NCBI GenBank assembly: GCA_963805975.1
Contig: CAWDVR010000006.1
Coordinates: 128,001 to 192,000, forward strand
DNA length: 64,000 nt
Reading direction: 5' to 3'
Source of the DNA: an uncultured Acidobacteriota bacterium
GTDB taxonomy: Bacteria > Acidobacteriota > Thermoanaerobaculia > Multivoradales > SZUA-115
The translations under genes were made by a program, and so were the position numbers. The first letter of the stretch is position 1. Each line of letters begins with the position of its first letter. The notes beneath the pieces are model-generated. The model had not been told where the DNA came from. It saw only the letters and a program-made list of their open reading frames with translations, and did not search any database. Of the stretch, positions 46,847 to 55,026 are shown piece by piece.

Positions 46847-48185
46847 CTTTCTCTCCCGGCGCGACCCGCCAGTCGCCCTCTTTCGTTCCCGGCACCAGCT
46901 TCCAACCCTCGTTGAGCCTCAGCGTCCATCCCTCGCCTCGCACCTCGGGGCCGGACAGGCTCGACGGCGCCGGCAGCCGCACCTCGGACCAGGTGCCATT
47001 CAGCAGCACGCCTCCGGCCGTGACCTCCAGGATGCCCCAGAGGTCCGTGATCCTTGCCGTGGGGTAGACCGTGCCGGCCTCGGGAAGCGGCTCCAGGGTG
47101 TGGGGATTGAAGCTGATGTTCATTTTTTCGAGCGGGATCACCAGCACGGGGCCGTCGAGGAAGCGCCGGCGGAGCCCGGCCTGCCGTTTCCGCTGCTCTG
47201 CCTCGCGCTCCCTTTCTGCGGCACGGATCTCCGCGCCGCCGTAGGAGGTGCTGCGTTTCTCGGCCGTGGCCAGCACTTCGGACGGAGAGGTCGAGCTTCC
47301 GGCGACCGAGAGCAGGGCGCCGAGGTCCGAGCCGGCGGTGAGCTCGCGCTGCCAGCCTTCCCGTGTGCGATCGAGCCAGAGCCCGTACGCGGGCCCGGTC
47401 AGATAGGCGAAAGAGCGGGTGAAGGCCGACGCCGTGCTCGCTCCACGGAGCGCCTGCAAGAGGGCCTTCCACCGGGGCTCCTCCGAGAGCAGGCCGGCCC
47501 CGAGACCGGTGTACTCGGCCAGGCCCTCGTTCAGCTCGAGAGTGTTCTCCTCGCCCGTGGCGGTTGGGAAGGCGGTGCGCCGCGCGGCCCGGAAGAGCAG
47601 AGCGTCCTGCAGCGCCTGCCACGCCCGGTCTGGCTCGCCGCGCAGGCTCGCTTCCGCAGCGCCTTCCAGGGCCCGCAGCTCGAGCCGGAGCCAGGTCCTG
47701 CCCGCGGCAGAGTCGAGGTGGGCGTTGGCAGGGTCCGCCGTGGGCAGGCCGATCTCCTTCTGCACGCGGTGGAAGAGCTCGTGGAGGAGGAGGGCGGCCC
47801 GCTGGTCGGGATCTTCGGGCAGCGGCCAGATCATCATCGACCAGCGCTTGCCCGCCCAGTCGAGCGCCGTGTTGGCGACGTTGACCTCCGCCGGCAAGGT
47901 GCCCACGAAGATCCCGTTCTGCGCACGGAGAATGCCTTGCTCGTCGGCCTCGCTCGCCACCAGGGCGCGGCTTTGGGGCTCGACGAAGAGCAACGGCCCG
48001 CAGAGTGACTTCCCCCAGAGCCGCCCGCCGTCGGCCTGGCAGCGTGCGGTGGCCAGCTCGAAAGCCTTCGCCGCTTCGGCCGGGTCGATGACCTGCGCCC
48101 GTGCCACGGGTGTGAACGAGAGGCCGAGCGCTGCCGCGGCGGCACAGCGGGCTAGCGCTCGCTGGAAGCGATGGGGTGTAGCCAA
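46839..48185 (-). CDS. Secreted HExxH (gluzincin-like) metallopeptidase-like protein
   Basis: Signal peptide ending ARA-Q, 'LLHELFH' and downstream 'NEGLAEY'. Confidence 0.65.
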   Translation of the reverse strand: MATPHRFQRALARCAAAAALGLSFTPVARAQVIDPAEAAKAFELATARCQADGGRLWGKSLCGPLLFVEPQSRALVASEADEQGILRAQNGIFVGTLPAEVNVANTALDWAGKRWSMMIWPLPEDPDQRAALLLHELFHRVQKEIGLPTADPANAHLDSAAGRTWLRLELRALEGAAEASLRGEPDRAWQALQDALLFRAARRTAFPTATGEENTLELNEGLAEYTGLGAGLLSEEPRWKALLQALRGASTASAFTRSFAYLTGPAYGLWLDRTREGWQRELTAGSDLGALLSVAGSSTSPSEVLATAEKRSTSYGGAEIRAAEREREAEQRKRQAGLRRRFLDGPVLVIPLEKMNISFNPHTLEPLPEAGTVYPTARITDLWGILEVTAGGVLLNGTWSEVRLPAPSSLSGPEVRGEGWTLRLNEGWKLVPGTKEGDWRVAPGEKDG

Positions 48186-48740
48186 CTAACCCTCCCTGGT
48201 CACGGGCTCGGCCGAGCCGTAGAACGCCTCGCGCGGCGGGCGGGCGTCTTCGCCGCGGAGGGTACCGGCCGCCCACTGAACGGCCTCGATGATTTTTTGG
48301 TAACCCGTGCAGCGGCAGAGGTTACCGGCGAGCGCGGCACGGATGTCGCCCTCCGACGGCCTGGGGCTCGCGGCGAGCAGAGCCTTGGCCGCCATCAGGA
48401 TGCCGGGCGTGCAGTAGCCGCACTGGGCGGCGCCCAGGTCCGCGAAGGAGGCCTGGAGCGGGTGCAGCTCGTTGCCCTGCTGCAGGCCCTCGACGGTCTC
48501 GATCGCGCGGCCGTCCATCTCCGCGGCGAGCGCCAGGCAGGAGAGCATCGGCGTGCCGTCCACCAGCACAGTGCAGGTGCCGCACTCGCCGAGCTCGCAG
48601 CCATGCTTGGTGCCGGTGAGCCCGCACTCCTCGCGCAGCACCTCGAGCAGCGTGTGATGAGTGGGAAAGACGACGGCGCGCTCCTCGCCGTTGATTGCGA
48701 GCTTCAGGGTGGTGACGTCTGTGTAGGTCGCAGCGTTCAT
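48186..48740 (-). CDS. hcrC: (2Fe-2S) small subunit (HcrC/CoxS-like)
   Basis: '[16 protein letters not shown]', 'QCGYCTPG' and 'GNLCRCTGY'. The ATG overlaps the tetR stop. Confidence 0.9.
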   Translation of the reverse strand: MNAATYTDVTTLKLAINGEERAVVFPTHHTLLEVLREECGLTGTKHGCELGECGTCTVLVDGTPMLSCLALAAEMDGRAIETVEGLQQGNELHPLQASFADLGAAQCGYCTPGILMAAKALLAASPRPSEGDIRAALAGNLCRCTGYQKIIEAVQWAAGTLRGEDARPPREAFYGSAEPVTREG

Positions 48741-49444
48741 CAGCGGGCCTCGTCGTGCGGCGCTGCCAGCGCCGAGGGTGCGGCGCCGGGCGTCGGTGAA
48801 AGCAGGTCGAGAAGGGCCAGGTCCGGCGGCTCGAGCTCGAGGCCGGCTGCCAGCAGGCCCCGCACCTGGAGCTCGGCGAACTCGCGGCCGATCTCCCGCG
48901 CCGTCTTGCCGCCCTCGGGCCGGAACCACTTCACCGTCCAGTTGAGGGCGCCGAGAATGGCAAGCGCCGCCACCTTGGCGTCGGTCGTGCGGAAGGCGCC
49001 GGCCTGGATCCCGTCCTCGATCAGCCGCCGGAGCGCCAGCTCGTAGTCCCCGCGCCGCCCGAGGATGGCCTGGCGAAAGGCGCCGTCCAGGCCCTCGATC
49101 TCGAGGTGGGCGAGCGAGCCCGGCGTGCCTTCGTTGACCCGCTCGACGTGCCCGACGATCAGCAGGTAGAGGCGCGCTTCGGGCGCCAGCGGCATCGCCT
49201 CCAGCCGCTCGGCCAGGGCGAGGAGCCCACCCAGGCCGTCCTCCTGGCAGTAGGCGAGGAGGGCCTGCTTGTTCTCGAAGTAGTAGTAGAGGCTGCCGAC
49301 CGTCATGCCCAGCTCGGAGGCGATCTCCCGCATCCCCGTGCCGTGCACCCCACGCCGGCGGAAGACGCGGGAAGCGGCCTCCAGGATCTCGCGCTTGCGG
49401 TCCGCGACGCGGGGATGGTCGAGATCGTCGAGCGCCAAGGGCAT
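48740..49444 (-). CDS. TetR/AcrR family regulator (KstR2-like C-terminus)
   Basis: HTH 'EILEAASRVF..G..GT.MREIA.ELG...GSLYYYF.NK' and 'ALNWTVKWFRPEG'. Confidence 0.92.
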   Translation of the reverse strand: MPLALDDLDHPRVADRKREILEAASRVFRRRGVHGTGMREIASELGMTVGSLYYYFENKQALLAYCQEDGLGGLLALAERLEAMPLAPEARLYLLIVGHVERVNEGTPGSLAHLEIEGLDGAFRQAILGRRGDYELALRRLIEDGIQAGAFRTTDAKVAALAILGALNWTVKWFRPEGGKTAREIGREFAELQVRGLLAAGLELEPPDLALLDLLSPTPGAAPSALAAPHDEAR

Positions 49445-49461
49445 GAGCGGAGAGTAGCAGA

Positions 49462-49479
49462 TTTGAACGGACGTTCAAA
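49462..49479. promoter_or_regulatory. Perfect 8-2-8 palindrome, probable TetR operator
   Basis: TTTGAACG-GA-CGTTCAAA lies just upstream of the tetR -10 (TGcTACTCT on the minus strand, 49451-49459). Confidence 0.7.
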
Positions 49480-49492
49480 GGGTGGGCGACGC

Positions 49493-49521
49493 TTGACATG
49501 GACTGAATCGAGGTCTATGTT
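49493..49521 (+). promoter_or_regulatory. Sigma70 promoter of first TA pair
   Basis: TTGACA (49493-49498), 17 nt, then TATGTT (49516-49521). Confidence 0.65.
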
Positions 49522-49550
49522 GGACATGTTTTGAGAAAGTCGAGGCTCTC

Positions 49551-49841
49551 ATGACTTGGCGGATCGCAGCAGCGAAGCAACAGTTCTCGGAAGTCCTACG
49601 GCAAGCTGCCTCGGAGCCGCAGCTCATCCTGAACAGGAATCAGGCAGTCGCAGCGGTCGTGGACGTGGAGACATTCCGGCAGTTCGAGCTGTGGAGGCGC
49701 GATCGCCAGAAACCCCAGCTCGCTACCGCGCTGGCGGATATCCGGAAGCTCTGTACCCAAGACGACCAGCCTCTCGAGATCCCTACCGATCCGGACCGTC
49801 CGAACGCTTTCGCCGATGCCCTCGACGACGTTCCTGGCTGA
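49551..49841 (+). CDS. Phd/YefM family antitoxin
   Basis: 'WRIAAAKQQFSEVL..A..EPQLI.NR....A.VV'. Confidence 0.85.
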   Translation: MTWRIAAAKQQFSEVLRQAASEPQLILNRNQAVAAVVDVETFRQFELWRRDRQKPQLATALADIRKLCTQDDQPLEIPTDPDRPNAFADALDDVPG

Positions 49842-50229
49842 CACCAACGTGCTGAGCGAGGTCGTCAGGCGTCAGCCGGACGCCGGCGTGCTCGAGTGGT
49901 TCGAGAGCCAGAGCGAGATCGCTCTGAGCGTGGTTACCGTGCACGAGGTCATCACCGGCCTCAGCTGGAAGCCTCGCCCCAAGGTTCGAGCGTGGTTCGA
50001 GCATTTCCTGACTTCTCATTGCCAGGTGCTGGGCGTGAGTGTAGAAATCGCGCGCCGGTCCGGGGAGCTGCGCGGCGCCGCCTTGAGCCGAGGGCAAACC
50101 CGCTCGGTGGCCGACAGCCTGATCGCGGCCACCGCACAGATTCATGGTCTGACCATCGTGACCCGCAATCTCCGAGATTTCAATGGCTGGGGAATTCCAC
50201 TCCTGAATCCTTTCACCGGGCTTGGCTGA
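49816..50229 (+). CDS. vapC: VapC family PIN toxin
   Basis: 'LADTNVLSE', 'DSLIAATA' and 'VTRNLRDF'. Confidence 0.9.
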   Translation: MPSTTFLADTNVLSEVVRRQPDAGVLEWFESQSEIALSVVTVHEVITGLSWKPRPKVRAWFEHFLTSHCQVLGVSVEIARRSGELRGAALSRGQTRSVADSLIAATAQIHGLTIVTRNLRDFNGWGIPLLNPFTGLG

Positions 50230-50301
50230 CAGCGGGGTGCGGTCCCGCCGGCTGTTTGCCGAGAGGATCTGGCGCGCGTATACTCGGACCTATACTTGGG
50301 G

Positions 50302-50538
50302 ATGACAATGAGCCAGATCACCCTTTACCTTGACGACGAGACCCTGGCCAGGACTAGAGAGGCAGCCGAGGCCGCAGGTGTCTCTCTCAGCCGGTGGGTG
50401 AGCGAGCTGCTGCGCCAGCGAACTGCCAGCCAATGGCCGGCGTCGGTAGCGGCACTGGCGGGAAGCTGGACGGACGCGCCGGCCGCCGACGAGATCCGCA
50501 GCCCTCCCGCGGAGGACATTCCGCGCGAGCCTTTCTGA
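50302..50538 (+). CDS. CopG/RHH-type antitoxin
   Basis: 'SQITLYLDDETL...A...GVSLSRWV' and 'LAGSW'. TATACT immediately upstream. TGATG coupling to the toxin. Confidence 0.8.
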   Translation: MTMSQITLYLDDETLARTREAAEAAGVSLSRWVSELLRQRTASQWPASVAALAGSWTDAPAADEIRSPPAEDIPREPF

Positions 50539-50930
50539 TGTACGCCCTGGACACCAACAGCGTCATCTACTTTTTCAAAGGAATGGGGCGGGTCGCCGAG
50601 CGTCTGCTCGCGGCTCCTCCCCAAGCAGTGGCTGTGCCCGCGATCGTGTTCTACGAGCTCGAGGTGGGCGCTCAGCGCTCTCCCTACTCGGCGCGGCGGC
50701 GAGCTCAGCTCGCCGAGCTGGGTCGGCACGTCAACATCCTTCCCTTTGGCGAGAAAGAGGCGAGGGCCGCCGCCGAGATCAGGGCTTCTCTCGACGAGAT
50801 CGGGCAAGGGATCGGACCGCTCGACACCCTCATCGCCGGTACGGCGGTCGCTCGAGGCGCCACGCTGGTGACGCACAACATCTGGGAGTTCGGCCGCGTA
50901 CGGGGCCTGTTCGTCGAGGACTGGTTTTGA
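50538..50930 (+). CDS. vapC: VapC family PIN toxin (second)
   Basis: 'YALDTNSVI', 'IGPLDTLIAG' and 'LVTHN..EF.RV.GL..EDW'. Confidence 0.92.
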   Translation: MYALDTNSVIYFFKGMGRVAERLLAAPPQAVAVPAIVFYELEVGAQRSPYSARRRAQLAELGRHVNILPFGEKEARAAAEIRASLDEIGQGIGPLDTLIAGTAVARGATLVTHNIWEFGRVRGLFVEDWF

Positions 50931-51667
50931 CGACGACACCCCGGTGGTCCCTGGTCATCCCCGCCTACAACGAAGAGCGCTATCTCCCGCGCCTGCTCAA
51001 CACGGTGGACGCAGCGCGGAGCCGCTTCCATGCCGGTGCGGAGAGCGTCGAGGTGATCGTTGCTAACAACGCCTCGACGGATGGAACGGCCTCGCTCGCG
51101 GCAGAGCGCGGCTGCAAGGTGGCACACGTCGAAAGACGGGCGATCGCCGCGGCGCGCAACGGCGGGGCCGTACTGGCGCAGGCGCCGTTCCTCGCCTTCG
51201 TCGACGCCGATTTTCAGATTCACCCGGAGACCTTCAACGTCCTCGACCGGGCTCTCGCACGCCGAGACATCATCGCAGGCTCCACCAGCGCCACCGTCGA
51301 GCGCTGGTCGCTCGGCATCGTGCTCACCTACGCGGCGCTGGCGCCGGCGGCGCTCCTGATGAGGATGGACATCGGAGTGATCTTCTGCCGGAGGGACGGC
51401 TTCGAAGCGGTCGGCGGCTATGACGAGAGCCGGCTCTACGGCGAGGACGTGGCGTTTCTGTGGGCCCTCAAGCGCTTGGGCTGGCGGCGCGGGCAGCGGC
51501 TGGTGCGCGCCACCGCCGCCAGGGCCGTGGCCTCGACACGCAAGTTCGACCGCTACGGCGACTGGCATTACTTCACGCGCATGCCGGGCTTGGCGGTCAG
51601 AATGCTCCTGCGCCCACGATCGGCCGGCGCCTTTGCGAAGCGCTACTGGTACGAGGACGAGCGCTAG
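50927..51667 (+). CDS. Glycosyltransferase family 2
   Basis: 'VIPAYNEE', 'STDGT', 'ARNGG', 'FVDAD', 'GGYDE' and 'ED'. Confidence 0.9.
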   Translation: MTTTPRWSLVIPAYNEERYLPRLLNTVDAARSRFHAGAESVEVIVANNASTDGTASLAAERGCKVAHVERRAIAAARNGGAVLAQAPFLAFVDADFQIHPETFNVLDRALARRDIIAGSTSATVERWSLGIVLTYAALAPAALLMRMDIGVIFCRRDGFEAVGGYDESRLYGEDVAFLWALKRLGWRRGQRLVRATAARAVASTRKFDRYGDWHYFTRMPGLAVRMLLRPRSAGAFAKRYWYEDER

Positions 51668-51723
51668 TCACATCGCCGAGTCGGGCGGCGAGGCCGGGTA
51701 TCTCGCGCCTGCGATCTAGCAGC

Positions 51724-52506
51724 TCACGGCACGGTCTCCGTCCAGGCCCCGGTGTCGCCGCTCTCGAAGCCGTCGCCGAAGGTCCAGCCGGCCGCCCAGC
51801 GGATGCCGCCCAGGAGCAGGAGCTGGTAGGCCGGATCGGAGTATGTCTCGATGCGGTGGCCCAGGTTGGTGTACCAGGCGGGGCCCGAGTCCACGGCATG
51901 ACACCAGGTGATCGGGTGGTCGCCCATGGCGCCGGGGCCCGGGTTGTAGGACGATTCGTCGACCGCGATCAGCACGGTCACCGCTGGCCGGGGATTGGCC
52001 TGGAAGTTGTACCACTCGTCGAGGAACGACAGGCTCGGCGGCAGGTGCGCGGTCGAGGGGTGATCGGGGACCTCGACCAGGAGCGTCGCTGTCTGGATCG
52101 GCGGGTGGTTCGAGAACCAGGCGCCGTTGCCCAGGAGCTCGCCGTAGAACGGCCACGCGGCCTCGGTGTCCGCCGCGGCATGCACGCCCACCCAGCCCCC
52201 ACCGCCCCGCACGTAGCTTTCGAACGCCGCCTGCTGGTCGGCGTCGAGCACATCGCCGGAGGTGTTGAGCCAGACCACGGCGTGGTATTGCGCCAGTGCC
52301 ATGGGGGTGAAAAGGCCGGCGTCCTCGGACTCGTCAACGGCGAACCCGTACGTCGCGCCGAGGCTCTGGACGAGCGCGATACCGGCGGGGATCGAGTCGT
52401 GGCGAAAGGCCGAGGTCTTGCTGAAGACAAGGACGCGGAAGTCTTGGGCCATGGCGGCGGGCGCGTTGGCAGCCAGCAGGGCCAACAGGATGCCTCGAAA
52501 AACCAT
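51724..52506 (-). CDS. Secreted ThuA-like domain protein with C-terminal FxDGFESGD motif
   Basis: 'VLVFSKT.AFRHDSIPAG', 'GGGWVGVHAA', 'DEWYNF', 'YTNLGH' and terminal 'FGDGFESGD'. Confidence 0.88.
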   Translation of the reverse strand: MVFRGILLALLAANAPAAMAQDFRVLVFSKTSAFRHDSIPAGIALVQSLGATYGFAVDESEDAGLFTPMALAQYHAVVWLNTSGDVLDADQQAAFESYVRGGGGWVGVHAAADTEAAWPFYGELLGNGAWFSNHPPIQTATLLVEVPDHPSTAHLPPSLSFLDEWYNFQANPRPAVTVLIAVDESSYNPGPGAMGDHPITWCHAVDSGPAWYTNLGHRIETYSDPAYQLLLLGGIRWAAGWTFGDGFESGDTGAWTETVP

Positions 52507-52525
52507 CCCGGTCGGGCTCCGTGGC

Positions 52526-53050
52526 CTAGCGCCGGTGCTCGGTCACGGCGCTCACGGTATGTACCTCGCCCAGCTTGGGCTCCTGGCCGGTAAGCCAGCC
52601 CTTCACGATTTCGAAGAGAACCACCGGTCGGGGCTTGTCATTCTCCAGGAACACGGCCGAGACCACGTCCACTCCGATCAGGACCATGCGAGGGTCATCC
52701 GGCGTGCCATGCCGGGGATCCTCTCCGTCGTCGGGGAACCAGATCTTCCAGTCCGGCTGAAAGAGTTGCCGCATCAGCTCGCGGTCGCGAGAGATTGTTG
52801 CCGTGCCGGCGACCGAGATCCACTCGTGTGAACCTTCCTTGTAGTAGCAGAGATTGACGTGGGGATCGTGATCGAGGTCGTCCAGCTTGCCGCTCTCCCC
52901 CGAGGTCACGAACCAGAGGTCCGCCCCCGGAGCGAGCTTCTGGGTGGCCATGGCGCGTGAGACCAGGTGTCCATCCTGGCGCCGCGTGGTCATCATCGCG
53001 ACTTCCAGCTCTTCGATCATCTGCCACAGCTTTTCGAGCTCCTTGCGCAT
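52526..53050 (-). CDS. Pyridoxamine 5'-phosphate oxidase-like general stress protein
   Basis: 'AMMTT...G.LVSRAM', 'LWFVT', 'P.VNL.Y' and 'WISVAG.A'. Confidence 0.85.
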   Translation of the reverse strand: MRKELEKLWQMIEELEVAMMTTRRQDGHLVSRAMATQKLAPGADLWFVTSGESGKLDDLDHDPHVNLCYYKEGSHEWISVAGTATISRDRELMRQLFQPDWKIWFPDDGEDPRHGTPDDPRMVLIGVDVVSAVFLENDKPRPVVLFEIVKGWLTGQEPKLGEVHTVSAVTEHRR

Positions 53051-53101
53051 CTGACGTTCCCCTTTCGAGGGGGCCGGAGGTGCAAGGCCGTTGCCATCCG
53101 T

Positions 53102-53539
53102 CTACTCGCGGCTGCTGGCCTCGCTCGACGGCACCACGCGCCAGACCGTGACTTTCGGCCTCGAGCCGGAGACCTCCACCGTGGCGAGCACGGTTCTCGC
53201 GCGGCCGCGCCAGGTGGCGCGGGCCAGCACCTCGAGCTCGGTTCCGGAACCGGCCCGGACCTCACTCGCGATGGTGCCGCCGCCGAAGCCGCGCTCGTCG
53301 ACGCCCGCCATCCCGGGGCCCTGTGCCAGCCGGGCGAGAGTCTCGGCGAGGGCCGCGTCGGCGAGGGCGGCGAGATGGAGGGCCTCGGACTCACGCCCGA
53401 GGGCCTTTTGCCGCTCGGCGGCGAGGCTTGCCACCAGGCCCATGGCGATCGAGAGCAGCAGCACCACGAGGAGCGAGAAGAGGAGGATCTGGCCCGATTC
53501 GCCGGAGCGGCGCGAGCCCAAGGGCCGGCGCGGGCTCAC
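53102..53539 (-). CDS. PilX/GspK-like minor pilin-type protein
   Basis: 'ESGQILLFSLLVVLLL' followed by 'ALHLAALADAALAE'. GTGA overlap with the upstream gene. Confidence 0.6.
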   Translation of the reverse strand: MSPRRPLGSRRSGESGQILLFSLLVVLLLSIAMGLVASLAAERQKALGRESEALHLAALADAALAETLARLAQGPGMAGVDERGFGGGTIASEVRAGSGTELEVLARATWRGRARTVLATVEVSGSRPKVTVWRVVPSSEASSRE

Positions 53540-54099
53540 CAGCCCCGCTCCCTGCCGCCGCCGCGCAGCGCCAGCAACAGGCGCTCCACCGCGAGCTCGG
53601 GGGCCGGCTTGCCGGGCCCGCCGTCGAGACGCCAGCGCGAGGCCGGCGATGCCCGGTGGTAGGCGAGGTCGATCTCCACCAGGTTGGGGGCCGAGGCACG
53701 CCAGCGCCATTGGACGACATCTCGGAGCAGGATCTCGACGCCGGCTTCCGTGCCTTCCTCGTCGAGCAGCCGGCGCAGCAGCTTTCTCCCGTCGCGTTCA
53801 TAGACGATCGAGCTACCGCCGGCTCGCCGCAGAGAGAGCGGTTCGGTCGACCAGCCGAAGAGGAGCGACGGCGGGAAGGGCCCCACCGGCTCGGAAGCCT
53901 GGAGGTCTGTACGCAGCCGGTCCGAGGCAAGCCCGGCGACCGGGCTCGTGAGCTCCGCGCCGGTGGCGCTGATCAGCGTCTGGGCCTCCTGCAGCAGCCC
54001 GGCGGCGAGGAAGAGGCTGACGCCGACCACGGCCAGCACCACGACCATCTCGAGCAGGCTGAAGCCTCCTTGGCGGCAGAGGCTGCCTCTCGGCCCCAT
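53536..54099 (-). CDS. Prepilin-type N-terminal cleavage/methylation protein
   Basis: 'RQGGFSLLEMVVVLAV'. Confidence 0.8.
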   Translation of the reverse strand: MGPRGSLCRQGGFSLLEMVVVLAVVGVSLFLAAGLLQEAQTLISATGAELTSPVAGLASDRLRTDLQASEPVGPFPPSLLFGWSTEPLSLRRAGGSSIVYERDGRKLLRRLLDEEGTEAGVEILLRDVVQWRWRASAPNLVEIDLAYHRASPASRWRLDGGPGKPAPELAVERLLLALRGGGRERGW

Positions 54100-54102
54100 G
54101 GT

Positions 54103-54531
54103 TCAAGGGCTCCAGGCCAGAGTGTCGAGCGCCACGTCCCGCACCTCGCCGCGGAGCGTGTAGCGCGCCGTGACCGTCACCTCGTAGAGATCCTCGACGT
54201 CCGCGGCGCGGATCTCGAGCCGCGCCGTGAGCGAGGCGCTGGCACGGGGAGCGCCCCAGACCGCCGGCAGCTCGTACGAGCCGGGCAGCATCGGCACGGC
54301 GCCGGCACGCACCGCTTCGAGCACCACCTCTGCCGTTCGATAGGCCTCGCGGCGAGCTTCCAGGCGCTCGAGGTCGCGCGGCAGTCGAAAGAGTGTGCTG
54401 AGGCTGAAGAGCAGGACCAAGGCGAGGAGCAGAAGGCCGACCAGCGCTTCGACGAGGGAGAAGCCTCCCTCCTGGCACGGAGCCCGGCCGAGGCAACGGC
54501 CGCCACGGGTCCGGCCGCTACGGGCCCACAT
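54103..54531 (-). CDS. Prepilin-type protein (PilV-like)
   Basis: 'EGGFSLVEALVGLLLL'. Confidence 0.78.
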   Translation of the reverse strand: MWARSGRTRGGRCLGRAPCQEGGFSLVEALVGLLLLALVLLFSLSTLFRLPRDLERLEARREAYRTAEVVLEAVRAGAVPMLPGSYELPAVWGAPRASASLTARLEIRAADVEDLYEVTVTARYTLRGEVRDVALDTLAWSP

Positions 54532-54925
54532 GCAGCACGATGGTCCTGGCCCGCGCCTCTCTGCGATGCTCGAAGAGGAAGATGCCCTGCCAGGTGCCGA
54601 GGGCCAGGTCGCCGTTCAGGATCGGGATCGAGAGCGAAGTGGCGGTGAGCGCCGCCTTGATGTGCGAGGGCATGTCGTCCGGGCCCTCGGCAGTGTGGGT
54701 GTAGAGCGGGTCGCGCTCGGGCACCAGCCGGACGAACCAGCGCTCGAGATCCTCCCGGGCCGAGGGATCGGCGTTCTCCTGGATCAGCAGGCTCGCCGAG
54801 GTGTGCCGCACGAAGAGGGTGCAGAGCCCCTCCTCGAGCCCGGCACCCCGCACCAGCCGCCGTACCTCGGCGGTGATCTCGGTGAGGCCCGGACCGCGCG
54901 CCGCCACCTCGAACGCTCGGATCAC
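54518..54925 (-). CDS. yjbQ: YjbQ/UPF0047 family protein
   Basis: 'HTSASLLIQENADP', 'EGPDDMPSHIK' and 'LGTWQGI'. Confidence 0.92.
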   Translation of the reverse strand: MIRAFEVAARGPGLTEITAEVRRLVRGAGLEEGLCTLFVRHTSASLLIQENADPSAREDLERWFVRLVPERDPLYTHTAEGPDDMPSHIKAALTATSLSIPILNGDLALGTWQGIFLFEHRREARARTIVLHVGP

Positions 54926-55026
54926 GGCCTGATTCTACGCCGCCGGCCGCCGCCGGTCCTTGTGGGTCGAATGGGAGCGCCGGATAAGATAGCGACCTTC
55001 GTCAACCCGAAGGTACCGGAGGACTC

